The position numbers were made by a program, and so were the translations under genes. The notes under the pieces were generated by a model. The model was not told where the DNA came from. It worked only from the letters and a program-made list of their open reading frames with translations, and made no database searches. From the NCBI GenBank assembly GCA_949286885.1, contig CASEEG010000125.1, forward strand, positions 123-64,122: a stretch of 64,000 bases of DNA. The letters are read 5' to 3'. This document shows, piece by piece, positions 48,308 through 56,972 of the stretch. Each line of letters begins with the position of its first letter. Positions within the stretch are counted from its first letter, which is position 1. The DNA is from an uncultured bacterium (lineage in GTDB: Bacteria > Cyanobacteriota > Vampirovibrionia > Gastranaerophilales > Gastranaerophilaceae).

Positions 48308-50941
48308 CTATACTTCGCCGTTGTAGGCTTTAATATACATTTCTCTAATTTCTTTCATTAGAGGATATGCAGGGTTTGCACCTGTACATTGATCATCGAA
48401 TGCCAATTCTACGAGGTTGTCTAGTTTAGCATAGAACTCATCTTCTGATACACCAAGTTCTTTGATTGAGAGTGGTATATCAAGCTCTTTTTTCAAATTG
48501 GTTATCGCATTTAACAATAATTCAACTTTTTCGTCTTCACTATTCCCGCCTAATCCTAAGTTATCAGCAACTTGAGCGTATTTTGTCTTAGCATTAGGGA
48601 ACTTGTATTGAGGGAATGCTGCTTGTTTTCTCGGGCAATCATTTGAGTTAAAACGAATTACCTGATTTAATAGCATAGCGTTTGCAATACCATGAGGAAT
48701 GTTAAACGCTGCACCAAGTTTGTGAGCCATAGAGTGGCAAACACCCAGGAATGCGTTAGCAAATGCCATACCTGCAAGAGCTGAGGCGTAGTGAATTTTT
48801 TCTCTTGCGATAGGATCATCCTTACCGAATTTGTAAGAACGTGGTAAGTATCTAAAGATTAACTTAGCAGCCTCAAGAGCAGGTGAATTTGTGAAGTTTG
48901 TAGCCATTGAGCTTGCATAAGCTTCAAGTGCGTGGCTTAGTGCGTCAATACCTGATGCAGCGCAAAGACCTTTAGGCATAGAATCTACAAAGTTAGGGTC
49001 GATAATTGCCATCTCAGGTGTTAGAGCGTAGTCTGCAAGAGGATATTTGATGTGTGTTTTATCATCTGTAATAACCGCAAAAGGCGTAACTTCGGAACCT
49101 GTACCCGATGTTGTAGGAATTGCAACCATTGTAGCTTTTTTACCAAGAGCAGGAAGGTCGCAAATTCTTTTTCTGATGTCCATAAATCTCATTGCAACAT
49201 CGTCAAATACTGTTTCAGGTTGTTCGTACATTAACCAAATAACCTTAGCAGCGTCAATTGGCGAACCACCACCAAGAGCGATGATTACATCAGGTTTATA
49301 CACATTAACCATTTGCATTGCTTCGTTAATTGTAGATAATGTAGGATCGGGTTTAACGTCAAAGAAGATTTGGAAATCTACACCAATTTCTTCTAATACT
49401 TTTGTAACGTTATAAACAGTGCCTGAGTCAAATAAGTATCTGTCTGTTACGATAAATGCTCTTTGTCTGCCTTTTAATTCACGAAGTGCTAAATCTGTTG
49501 CACCACGTTTAAAGTAAACTTTTGGCGGAACTTTAAACCATAGCATGTTTTCTCTCCTTTCGGCTACTGTTTTGTAGTTTAATAAGTGTTTAATACCGAC
49601 GTTTTCGCTTACTGCGTTACCGCCCCAAGAACCGCAACCGATAGTTAATGTCGGATCTAATTTAAAGTTGTAAATATCACCGATAGCACCTTGAGATGCA
49701 GGTGAGTTAATTAAAATTCTACCTGTGTGCAGAGTTTTTGCAAATTTTTCAATTCTTTCTGGTTTTCTTTCATCTGTATAAAGAACTGAAGTATGACCTG
49801 CACCACCAGCGTCTACCAAAGTAAACGCAATATTTACAGCGTCATCAAAGTCGCAAGCTCTGTACATTGCAAGTACCGGTGATAATTTTTCATGTGCAAA
49901 AGGCTCATCCATTGAATAATCACTTACTTCGCCGATAAGAACTTTTGTATCTTCAGGAACTTCAAAACCAGCCATTTGAGCGATTTTATAAGCAGGCTGA
50001 CCAACGATACCGGCATTTAATCTGCCTTCGGGGAACATTGTGTTTCTTAGTGCCTGTTTTTGATCTTCATTACAGAAGAATGCACCTCTGTACATAAATT
50101 CTTTTTTAATTTCTTCATAAACACTGTCTATTGCGATAACTGCTTGTTCTGACGCGCAAACAACACCGTTATCAAATGTTTTTGACAAAAGAATTGAAGA
50201 AACTGCCATTTTAATGTTAGCTGTTTCATCAATAATAGCAGGGGTATTACCAGGACCAACGCCAAGAGCCGGTTTGCCTGATGAGTAAGCTGCTTTAACC
50301 ATTCCGGGACCGCCTGTAGCTAAAATCATATCGATTTTTGGGTGGTGCATTAATTGGTTAGATAATTCAACTGATGGTTCATCAATCCAGCCGATAATAT
50401 CTTTTGGAGCACCTGCTGCAACTGCTGCATCAAGAACAATTTGAGCAGCTTTAATTGTAGCTTTTTTAGCTCTGGGGTGAGGGGAGAATACAATTGCATT
50501 CCTTGTTTTTATGGCAATTAATGATTTAAAAATTGCTGTTGAAGTTGGGTTTGTAGTAGGAACAATACCTGCTAAAACACCAATGGGTTCGGCAACTTTT
50601 TTAATTCCGTTTGGTTTATCTTCTTCAATAATGCCGCAAGTTTTGCAGTTTTTATATTTGTTGTAAATATACTCTGAAGCAAAGTGATTTTTAATAACTT
50701 TATCTTCAACGATACCCATGCCTGATTCTTCATGAGCCATTTTGGCAAGAGGAATTCTTGCTTTGTTTGCAGCCAGTGCTGCCGCCCTAAAGATTTTATC
50801 AACCTGTTCTTGGGTGTAAGTAGCAAAAATTCTTTGTGCAGCTTTTGCTCTTTCAATTAACTGGTCTAAATCCTCAGCGCTTGTAACCGGTCGACGATTT
50901 TCGTCATTTTGGACTTGAATTTCCATGTTTTCTTGTGTCAT
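48308..50941 (-). CDS. adhE: bifunctional acetaldehyde-CoA / alcohol dehydrogenase
   Basis: N-terminal ALDH domain (catalytic Cys context NGVVCASEQ) plus a C-terminal Fe-ADH domain (GGGSPIDAAK, CHSMAHKLG). ATG at 50941 follows AAGGAG and is preferred to the track start 51001. Confidence 0.95.
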   Translation of the reverse strand: MTQENMEIQVQNDENRRPVTSAEDLDQLIERAKAAQRIFATYTQEQVDKIFRAAALAANKARIPLAKMAHEESGMGIVEDKVIKNHFASEYIYNKYKNCKTCGIIEEDKPNGIKKVAEPIGVLAGIVPTTNPTSTAIFKSLIAIKTRNAIVFSPHPRAKKATIKAAQIVLDAAVAAGAPKDIIGWIDEPSVELSNQLMHHPKIDMILATGGPGMVKAAYSSGKPALGVGPGNTPAIIDETANIKMAVSSILLSKTFDNGVVCASEQAVIAIDSVYEEIKKEFMYRGAFFCNEDQKQALRNTMFPEGRLNAGIVGQPAYKIAQMAGFEVPEDTKVLIGEVSDYSMDEPFAHEKLSPVLAMYRACDFDDAVNIAFTLVDAGGAGHTSVLYTDERKPERIEKFAKTLHTGRILINSPASQGAIGDIYNFKLDPTLTIGCGSWGGNAVSENVGIKHLLNYKTVAERRENMLWFKVPPKVYFKRGATDLALRELKGRQRAFIVTDRYLFDSGTVYNVTKVLEEIGVDFQIFFDVKPDPTLSTINEAMQMVNVYKPDVIIALGGGSPIDAAKVIWLMYEQPETVFDDVAMRFMDIRKRICDLPALGKKATMVAIPTTSGTGSEVTPFAVITDDKTHIKYPLADYALTPEMAIIDPNFVDSMPKGLCAASGIDALSHALEAYASSMATNFTNSPALEAAKLIFRYLPRSYKFGKDDPIAREKIHYASALAGMAFANAFLGVCHSMAHKLGAAFNIPHGIANAMLLNQVIRFNSNDCPRKQAAFPQYKFPNAKTKYAQVADNLGLGGNSEDEKVELLLNAITNLKKELDIPLSIKELGVSEDEFYAKLDNLVELAFDDQCTGANPAYPLMKEIREMYIKAYNGEV

Positions 50942-51017
50942 GTTCTTCTCCTTATTACATAGCTCTTTTTTTGATTGTTTTTTCCCTAGATTAAAAAACA
51001 TTTTATCTCCGATTTAT

Positions 51018-51035
51018 TTGTGATTTATTTCACAA
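51018..51035. promoter_or_regulatory. Rex operator
   Basis: Perfect palindrome TTGTGA-TTTATT-TCACAA, matching the Rex consensus TTGTGAAnnnnnnTTCACAA. It overlaps the predicted adhE transcription start. Confidence 0.75.
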
Positions 51036-51039
51036 TATG

Positions 51040-51068
51040 ATTTTAAAACAAATAATGGCAAAATGCAA
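51040..51068 (-). promoter_or_regulatory. candidate adhE promoter
   Basis: On the minus strand: TTGCAT (51068-51063), 17-nt spacer, TAAAAT (51045-51040). Confidence 0.5.
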
Positions 51069-51171
51069 GTGTATTTAATACACATCATAAAAACTTTATA
51101 TAATTTTAATTTTATTAACAACTTTTTACTTTGAATTTTTAACTTTTTTGATAAAATAATCTTGGTGAAGT

Positions 51172-52173
51172 ATGATAAATCAAATTACTTTAAGCGATAT
51201 ATTTATGGTGCTGGGCTTTTCGCTCTCACTTTATGCATGCGTTTCTAATGATGTTATTCAAACTCTGGGCACTTTTTTAAGCACTACAAGAGAAAAGCCG
51301 GCATGGTTGATTTGGTTATTTGCGAGTGCTGTTTTGGTTTTAACTTTTGTGTGGGGTTGGTATGTCGATGATGGCGATATGGCTTTTGGCAGGTTGGATA
51401 GAATTCCTTTTGCCGAGCATTTTTACTGGTGGCATATTCTACCTCCCGTTATTCTAATATTTTTGACCAAAAAAGGCATTCCTGTTGCAACGGCCTTTTT
51501 AATATTGAGTATTTTTTCTTCAGGTACAGTTATAAGCTTAATGCTTGCAAAGTCATTTTTAGGCTATGTGATGGCATTTACAATTTCAATAGTCCTGTAC
51601 TTTATAATTTCGAGACCTCTTGAAAAAAAATTCCTGTATACCAAGGGGAAACCAATATCAAAATGGTGGTATGTAACCAAATGGAGCGCAACAGCGTATC
51701 TATGGTCAATGTGGCTTATGCAGGATGCAGCAAATCTTTATGTATATTTGCCAAGAAAACTTGATTTTGCACAGATGATTACCACTCTTGCGATTTTTGT
51801 AACATTTTTGGGTTGGATAGTTTATAAGCGAGGCGGTGAAATCCAAAATATTGTGAAATTAAAAACAAATACTCAAGATATCCGCTCTGCAACAATAATT
51901 GATGTTACTTATGCTTCTATTCTTCTTTATTTCCAAAATGTCAACAATATCCCAATGTCTACTACCTGGGTGTTTTTAGGACTTTTAGCAGGTCGTGAAA
52001 TTGCCATGTATAACAGATTAAGATTTGAAACCCAGAAAAAAGTATATAAACACGTTGCCAAAGACTTTACAAAAGCACTTATCGGCCTAATTGTTTCAAT
52101 GGTTGTTGTGTGTTTAATAAATCATTTTGATGTAATTATAAAAATAATGCATGTGTATTTGCATCTTGACTAG
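51172..52173 (+). CDS. polytopic membrane protein, distantly PiT/PHO4-like
   Basis: About 8-9 TM segments. SNDVIQTLGTF and IPMSTTWVFLGLLAG resemble the two GANDVAN / PVSTTH half-site motifs of PiT transporters. The family call is weak. Confidence 0.6.
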   Translation: MINQITLSDIFMVLGFSLSLYACVSNDVIQTLGTFLSTTREKPAWLIWLFASAVLVLTFVWGWYVDDGDMAFGRLDRIPFAEHFYWWHILPPVILIFLTKKGIPVATAFLILSIFSSGTVISLMLAKSFLGYVMAFTISIVLYFIISRPLEKKFLYTKGKPISKWWYVTKWSATAYLWSMWLMQDAANLYVYLPRKLDFAQMITTLAIFVTFLGWIVYKRGGEIQNIVKLKTNTQDIRSATIIDVTYASILLYFQNVNNIPMSTTWVFLGLLAGREIAMYNRLRFETQKKVYKHVAKDFTKALIGLIVSMVVVCLINHFDVIIKIMHVYLHLD

Positions 52174-53242
52174 TCTTTGACTGTTTTTTTAATGTTACGG
52201 TGCAAAAATTGTTTATAAAATCATTTAAATCCATAACTTTTGGGATTTTATTATTTTTATTTATCAATTTATTGATAAACATTGAAAATTGCAAGCTCCA
52301 AAGACAGGTAGGACATGATGTTAAAACAAAATCAGCATTTGTATTAATTACATTTTTAGCTTTTTTCATTGAAATTGAGTAGGCAATTTTCGGGTGTCGT
52401 ATAAAAAAATCCCCTCCAAAGCCACAACAGTCTTGGGCTTTTTGCATTTGTATGTAATTTATATTTTTAAATGATTTTAAAATATTTTCTATTTCACTTA
52501 ATTCAACACCACCACTTTTTAAGTGACAAGGCAGATGATATGTAATTTTATAATTTTTATTTGCGGCAATATCAACGTTTTTGTAAAAATCTGTATAGAA
52601 TATTAGCTTTTCTTTATTTTTCAAATTTTTAAAAGGATAGTTCTTAACTGCGCTGAAGCAAGTTGCACAGTCAAATACAACTAGATCAGCATTTTCAATT
52701 ATATTTTCATTGTGTTCGACCATTTTTTCATAAATATCTTCCCTGCCTTTTGTAAGGTAAGGTAAAGCACAGCACAAAAAATTGCCATTTTTTAGCTTAA
52801 TACCTTTAATTTTAAAATCTTTTTTTAGTTTTTTTGCAATACATCCCTGAAAGTAGACAATTCTTGAACCGTTTTCAAGTTTTGGAGATTTTTTGAATAT
52901 AGAAAAAAAGCCAAGCATTGAAAGCTTTAAATTAAACATAAAATTTGAATTTAAGAATTTACCTAGAGTGTTTAACTTTTTTTCTTTAGAAAAAACCCCT
53001 GTTGTGTTGACTGCCGATGGGCAGTTTATTTTGCATTTGTCGCAATTTAGGCATAAGTCTAGGCTTTGTAAAATTTTTTTGTTTAATCTTAAATCTCCCT
53101 TTTTAACTCCCCAGATTTGCATGAGTTTACCACGTGCTGTTGAATTTTCGTTTTTAATTTCTTCATAAACAGGGCAAACACCCTGGCATAAGCCGCAACG
53201 AGAACATTTAAGAATATTTTGTTTTACTTCATTGTCATGCAT
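52136..53242 (-). CDS. (Fe-S)-binding oxidoreductase subunit with two CCG domains (GlcF/LutA/HdrD-like)
   Basis: CSRCGLCQGVCPV and CLNCDKCKINCPS cluster motifs, and CCG motifs (CCALPY, CCGFGG). ATG at 53242 is preferred to the TTG at 53260. Confidence 0.85.
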   Translation of the reverse strand: MHDNEVKQNILKCSRCGLCQGVCPVYEEIKNENSTARGKLMQIWGVKKGDLRLNKKILQSLDLCLNCDKCKINCPSAVNTTGVFSKEKKLNTLGKFLNSNFMFNLKLSMLGFFSIFKKSPKLENGSRIVYFQGCIAKKLKKDFKIKGIKLKNGNFLCCALPYLTKGREDIYEKMVEHNENIIENADLVVFDCATCFSAVKNYPFKNLKNKEKLIFYTDFYKNVDIAANKNYKITYHLPCHLKSGGVELSEIENILKSFKNINYIQMQKAQDCCGFGGDFFIRHPKIAYSISMKKAKNVINTNADFVLTSCPTCLWSLQFSMFINKLINKNNKIPKVMDLNDFINNFCTVTLKKQSKTSQDANTHALFL

Positions 53243-53262
53243 AATTGTAGTATAATTCAAGT

Positions 53263-53433
53263 ATGAAACAAGCTCAATCGATTCTTGAATTTACTATAAT
53301 AGTTGCATTTGTGCTTATTTTTGTGAGTATATTCCTGAACAGTTTCAGATTAAAGGGCATTGAACAAAAAGCAACTTTTGGCGTAAAGGAATCAGGTTCA
53401 AGTACCGTTGTTGTACCGCCAATGACTCCTTAA
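53263..53433 (+). CDS. small ORF (56 aa) with a TadE/pseudopilin-like N-terminus; not in the ORF track
   Basis: MKQAQSILEFTIIVAFVLIFVSIFLNSF.... ATG lies 6 nt after TATAAT (53251-53256), and TAA at 53431-53433 lies 10 nt before the next gene. Confidence 0.4.
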   Translation: MKQAQSILEFTIIVAFVLIFVSIFLNSFRLKGIEQKATFGVKESGSSTVVVPPMTP

Positions 53434-53443
53434 GAGGACAACG

Positions 53444-54418
53444 ATGAAAAGTGCAAAATTAATTGATTCTAAGGTGAAAATTATTGATATTGAAAAACCC
53501 TCACTAGAGGACAAAGGCGCAATAATAAAAGTTTTGGGCTGTGGACTTTGCGGCTCTGATATTGTAAAAATAAAGCACGCAACAAAAGATAACGAGCAGC
53601 AAATTAAATTAGGGCATGAAGTTGTAGGACAAATTGTTGAAATAAACTCGAATACTTTGTTTAAAGTTGGCGACATTGTTGCGCTTGGACATCATTATCC
53701 ATGTTTTAATTGTGATTTTTGTCGCATTGGTGCATATTCAATGTGCGAAACATTTAAAAAATCAAATATTTTCCCTTGCGGTTTTTCAGAATATATAAAA
53801 GTCGATGAAAATCACCTTAAATACACTGTTTGCAAAGTACCTGAAAATATTGAACATGAAGAAATTTCTTTCTTAGAGCCTCTGGCATGCATTGTAAGAG
53901 CAATAAGACGTGCAGGATACGAACTTGATAAAGATAATTTAAAATCGAATGCACTTGTTATTGGCCTGGGCTCAATTGGGCTTTTAACAGTTCAAGCACT
54001 TAAGGCTTTTGGAGTTAAGGCTTTTGGATATGATATAAATAGTGAGCGCATGGAATTTGCTTCAAGATTTGATATTTCATACAAGAAGGATAAATATGAT
54101 GTAATTTTTATGACTTCAGGTTCATCCAGGGCAATTCCAACAGCTCTTGAACATGTTCGAGATGGCGGAAAAATAGTTGTATTTTCATCCATTGAGAATG
54201 AAGAAGGTTATAAAAATAATGACATTTATTATAGGGAATTAAGTATAATTGCAAGTTATTCCCCCTCGCCTGATGATTACAAAATTTCTTATGATTTTTT
54301 GTGTAATAAAAAAGTCAATGTTAAGGATACAAGTACTGTTTACACACTTGACAATTTAGCGTTTGCGATTGAAGATAATATTTGCGGAAAGATTTTTAAG
54401 GCTTATATAAAAATATGA
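53444..54418 (+). CDS. zinc-dependent MDR-family alcohol/polyol dehydrogenase
   Basis: GLCGSD, GHEVVGQI, the structural-Zn Cys cluster CFNCDFCRIGAYSMC and GLGSIGL. Confidence 0.88.
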   Translation: MKSAKLIDSKVKIIDIEKPSLEDKGAIIKVLGCGLCGSDIVKIKHATKDNEQQIKLGHEVVGQIVEINSNTLFKVGDIVALGHHYPCFNCDFCRIGAYSMCETFKKSNIFPCGFSEYIKVDENHLKYTVCKVPENIEHEEISFLEPLACIVRAIRRAGYELDKDNLKSNALVIGLGSIGLLTVQALKAFGVKAFGYDINSERMEFASRFDISYKKDKYDVIFMTSGSSRAIPTALEHVRDGGKIVVFSSIENEEGYKNNDIYYRELSIIASYSPSPDDYKISYDFLCNKKVNVKDTSTVYTLDNLAFAIEDNICGKIFKAYIKI

Positions 54419-55452
54419 AAATGAAAGCTGTAATGTACTATGCTCCAAAAGACATTCGCTATGAAGAAGTGAATGTAAAAATGCCTGATACGGGTGAAGT
54501 TTTGGTTAAGGTTGAGGCTGCTCTTACTTGCGGAACAGATGTTAAAACTCTAAGACGCGGTCACCCTGTTTTGATTAAAAAAACCCCATCAGGTTTTGGA
54601 CATGAGTTTGCAGGTACAATAGTGCAACTGGGTGATGGTGTTGAAAATTTTAAAGTTGGCGACAGGGTCGTTGGCGCTAATTCTGCCCCTTGTGGAGAGT
54701 GCTTTTTCTGTCGCCGTGGGGAAGAAAATCTTTGCGAGAATTTAGATTTACTTAATGGTGCTTATGCTCAATATATAACGATTCCAAAAAGAATAGTAGA
54801 GAAAAACCTGCTGATAATCCCTGATGATGTCAGTTTTAGGCGTGCGGTATTTTGTGAACCGCTTGCAAATGTTGTACATGGAATCGAAAGAACACCTATC
54901 AAAAAGGGTGATACTGTAGGAATTGTAGGTATTGGTCCGATTGGTCTTATGTTTGCCCGCCTTGCAAAGCTAAAAGGTGCAAAAGTTATAGCTATGGGCA
55001 GAAACCCGCTTAAATTAAAAATGGCACGAGAATTTGCCCAAGCCGATGAAGTTATTGATTTAAAAAAACATCCCGACCCAAAAGATTTAATTATGACAAT
55101 GACAGAAGAAGGCAGGGGACTGGATGTTGCAATCGAGTGTGTCGGATTACCAGAAATTTGGGAAAGGATGTTTGCACTTGTACGCCGTGGAGGCACAGTG
55201 CATCTTTTTGGAGGGTGTTCTGCAGGTACAAGTGTAAATATTGATACACGCAGATTGCATTATGATGAAGTTAATATTATTAGTGTTTTTCATCATACAC
55301 CAAAATACTTTAGACGTGCACTGGAACTTATTTCAAGCGGAGAGGTTAATGTAGAGAAATTAATTACAAAAACCATGCAAATGAAATATGCTAAACGTGC
55401 GCTTGAAATGCACCAAAATGGTGAAGCAATAAAAGTTTTGTTGGAAAATTAA
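54415..55452 (+). CDS. zinc-dependent MDR-family alcohol/polyol dehydrogenase, tandem partner
   Basis: CGTDVK, GHEFAGTIV, CGECFFCRRGEENLC and GIGPIGL. It overlaps the upstream gene by 4 nt (ATGA). Confidence 0.9.
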   Translation: MKMKAVMYYAPKDIRYEEVNVKMPDTGEVLVKVEAALTCGTDVKTLRRGHPVLIKKTPSGFGHEFAGTIVQLGDGVENFKVGDRVVGANSAPCGECFFCRRGEENLCENLDLLNGAYAQYITIPKRIVEKNLLIIPDDVSFRRAVFCEPLANVVHGIERTPIKKGDTVGIVGIGPIGLMFARLAKLKGAKVIAMGRNPLKLKMAREFAQADEVIDLKKHPDPKDLIMTMTEEGRGLDVAIECVGLPEIWERMFALVRRGGTVHLFGGCSAGTSVNIDTRRLHYDEVNIISVFHHTPKYFRRALELISSGEVNVEKLITKTMQMKYAKRALEMHQNGEAIKVLLEN

Positions 55453-55459
55453 ATAAATC

Positions 55460-55487
55460 TTGACTTGAAATCTTGAATTGGTAAGAT
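55460..55487 (+). promoter_or_regulatory. candidate promoter for the tRNA-Phe transcript
   Basis: TTGACT (55460-55465), 16-nt spacer, TAAGAT (55482-55487). Confidence 0.45.
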
Positions 55488-55499
55488 AGATTAGGTAAA

Positions 55500-55572
55500 A
55501 GATTTGCCGCGTTAGCTCCGAGTGGAGCAAAAGCGAAACGGAGTCAAAAAAGTAGAGCTTGCTCTACCAACT
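55500..55572 (+). repeat. partial tRNA-Phe 5' duplicate plus an inverted copy of the tRNA D-arm in the tRNA leader
   Basis: 55500-55518 is identical to 55589-55607 (AGATTTGCCGCGTTAGCTC). 55558-55572 (CTTGCTCTACCAACT) is the exact reverse complement of tRNA positions 55608-55622. Confidence 0.8.
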
Positions 55573-55594
55573 CCATTGAAAATTAAATAGATTT

Positions 55595-55667
55595 GCCGCG
55601 TTAGCTCAGTTGGTAGAGCAAGGGACTGAAAATCCCTGTGTCCTTGGTTCGATTCCGAGACGCGGCA
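55595..55667 (+). tRNA. tRNA-Phe (anticodon GAA), CCA not encoded
   Basis: Manual cloverleaf: acceptor GCCGCGT/ACGCGGC, D-arm GCTC-AGTTGGTA-GAGC, anticodon arm AGGGA-CTGAAAA-TCCCT, T-arm CTTGG-TTCGATT-CCGAG, discriminator A. Confidence 0.95.
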
Positions 55668-55683
55668 AATTTTTTGTTTGTTA

Positions 55684-55801
55684 AGCTGTAATTTTACTAT
55701 CAGATTGGTTTGTACGGATACTTTGATTATTTTGGTTTAGGTCGCTGTAATTAAACGACCAGTTTGATTTGTACGGATACTTTGATTATTTTGGTTTAGC
55801 C
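55684..55801 (+). repeat. two tandem 59-bp units sharing an identical 32-bp core
   Basis: TTTGTACGGATACTTTGATTATTTTGGTTTAG occurs at 55708-55739 and 55767-55798. Each unit starts with GCTGTAATT. Confidence 0.9.
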
Positions 55802-55840
55802 CGCTCTGCGAGGGCGTTTTCAGGTCGGAAAATTATGTTT
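55770..55840 (+). repeat. ~70-bp dispersed direct repeat, copy A (partner is 58087-58156)
   Basis: The blocks GTACGGAT, TTTGA, ATTTTG, GAGGGCGTTTTC, GGTCGGAAAATTA and GTTTT occur in the same order in both copies. Confidence 0.8.
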
Positions 55841-55878
55841 TCCAAAAAAATCAAACTGGAAAACTGGACTTTTTCTGG

Positions 55879-55957
55879 ACTGTACGGATAGATTGATTTT
55901 TTCTTAATATAACTGGATTTAGCACCAATTTTGAAGTGTACGGATAATTTGATTATT
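55879..55957 (+). repeat. two further degenerate copies of the GTACGGATA..TTGATT motif
   Basis: CTGTACGGATAGATTGATTTTTT starts at 55879 and GTACGGATAATTTGATTATTT spans 55937-55957, both in the same orientation as the tandem units. Confidence 0.75.
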
Positions 55958-56016
55958 TAGGAATAGTCCAGTTCCGCAAATTTTCACAAAAATATCATAA
56001 GGTTTGAGAATTTGAA

Positions 56017-56044
56017 ACAAGGTCGGGAAAATTTTTCCGACCTT
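56017..56044 (-). terminator. terminator hairpin after the MBL hydrolase gene
   Basis: CAAGGTCGG-N10-CCGACCTTG stem, 30 nt downstream of the stop. Confidence 0.7.
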
Positions 56045-56073
56045 GGGTTGAGCAACTTCATTAGTATAAAATT

Positions 56074-56865
56074 TTAATTATTGCCTATAAAATCAAGCGT
56101 TTCTCCATCATCAGGGATTAACAGATTACCAATATTATTTTTAGTTTTAAATTCTTTTAAATCTTCTCTTGTAACAGAAAGATGGCTGACTGTATCTAAA
56201 TGACTTGCAATTACTTTTGCGTCAGGCGCAGCATCCAAAACATTTTTTACATCTTCAATATTCATAATTATGCGTTCTCCGTTCAAAAGAGTTGCCGCAC
56301 AGGCATTTACTACTATAACTTCAGGCTTGTATTTGCCTAAGACATCTTTTACTTCCTCACACCAAATTGTATCGCCTGCAATATACAATGATTTTTCATT
56401 ATTTGATTTAAAAACAACACCCATTGCATCATAAGGCAAGCCAACAGAATCGCATAACGGTTTTATTATCTCTCTTTTGCCATGTTGAGTTCTTGTTTTG
56501 TATAGGGTTATGCCATTATATTCTGTTCCGGATTCTTGTATAACTTCAACATTTGTAAAACCCTTTGAGATAACGTAGTCTTTATCAACAGAAGATTGAA
56601 CAAAAACTTTTATATTTTTATCCAGAGTTTTTTCAGCAAATTCGTCCCAGTGGTCAGGGTGGATATGAGTGATAATAACTGCATCAACATCAACAATTTT
56701 TTCAATGCCAAAAGGTAATTCCACTCTCGGCTGACGAATTTGTGAGTTTATGGCGCTATCAAACCCGGGCATATAATCTTTTGGCATAAGCCAAGGGTCT
56801 ATTAAAAATTTTGTATTATTATATTCAACTATAATTGTTGCACTTCTTACCTGTGTAATTTTCAT
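56074..56865 (-). CDS. MBL-fold metallo-hydrolase
   Basis: HxHxDH motif (ITHIHPDHWDEF) and downstream His/Asp ligands. It is divergent from an HxlR regulator gene. Confidence 0.88.
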   Translation of the reverse strand: MKITQVRSATIIVEYNNTKFLIDPWLMPKDYMPGFDSAINSQIRQPRVELPFGIEKIVDVDAVIITHIHPDHWDEFAEKTLDKNIKVFVQSSVDKDYVISKGFTNVEVIQESGTEYNGITLYKTRTQHGKREIIKPLCDSVGLPYDAMGVVFKSNNEKSLYIAGDTIWCEEVKDVLGKYKPEVIVVNACAATLLNGERIIMNIEDVKNVLDAAPDAKVIASHLDTVSHLSVTREDLKEFKTKNNIGNLLIPDDGETLDFIGNN

Positions 56866-56972
56866 TTAGATTTCCTCCTTTAATAAAGCAATTTTATACA
56901 TTTATTATCATTTTGACAAGAATGCACTTTTTTGTATAATACTTACCAAAAAGTAAATTAGGGACTTTAATT

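Noticed and set aside
50942-51001. Extended N-termini offered by the ORF track for adhE (from 51001), tilS (28596), hpt (29924), queC (44898), aroK (35717), gshB (21279) and aroB (35177).
   Set aside because: In each case an internal ATG with a proper SD begins exactly where family conservation starts. The longer forms would overlap the upstream gene or a regulatory site.
55684-55960. Possible CRISPR array, suggested by repeated ~30-bp units with unique sequence between them.
   Set aside because: Only two units are identical. The spacing is irregular (59, 111 and 56 bp), the repeats are AT-rich without the usual palindromic core, no cas genes are in the window, and inverted copies occur 2.3 kb away.
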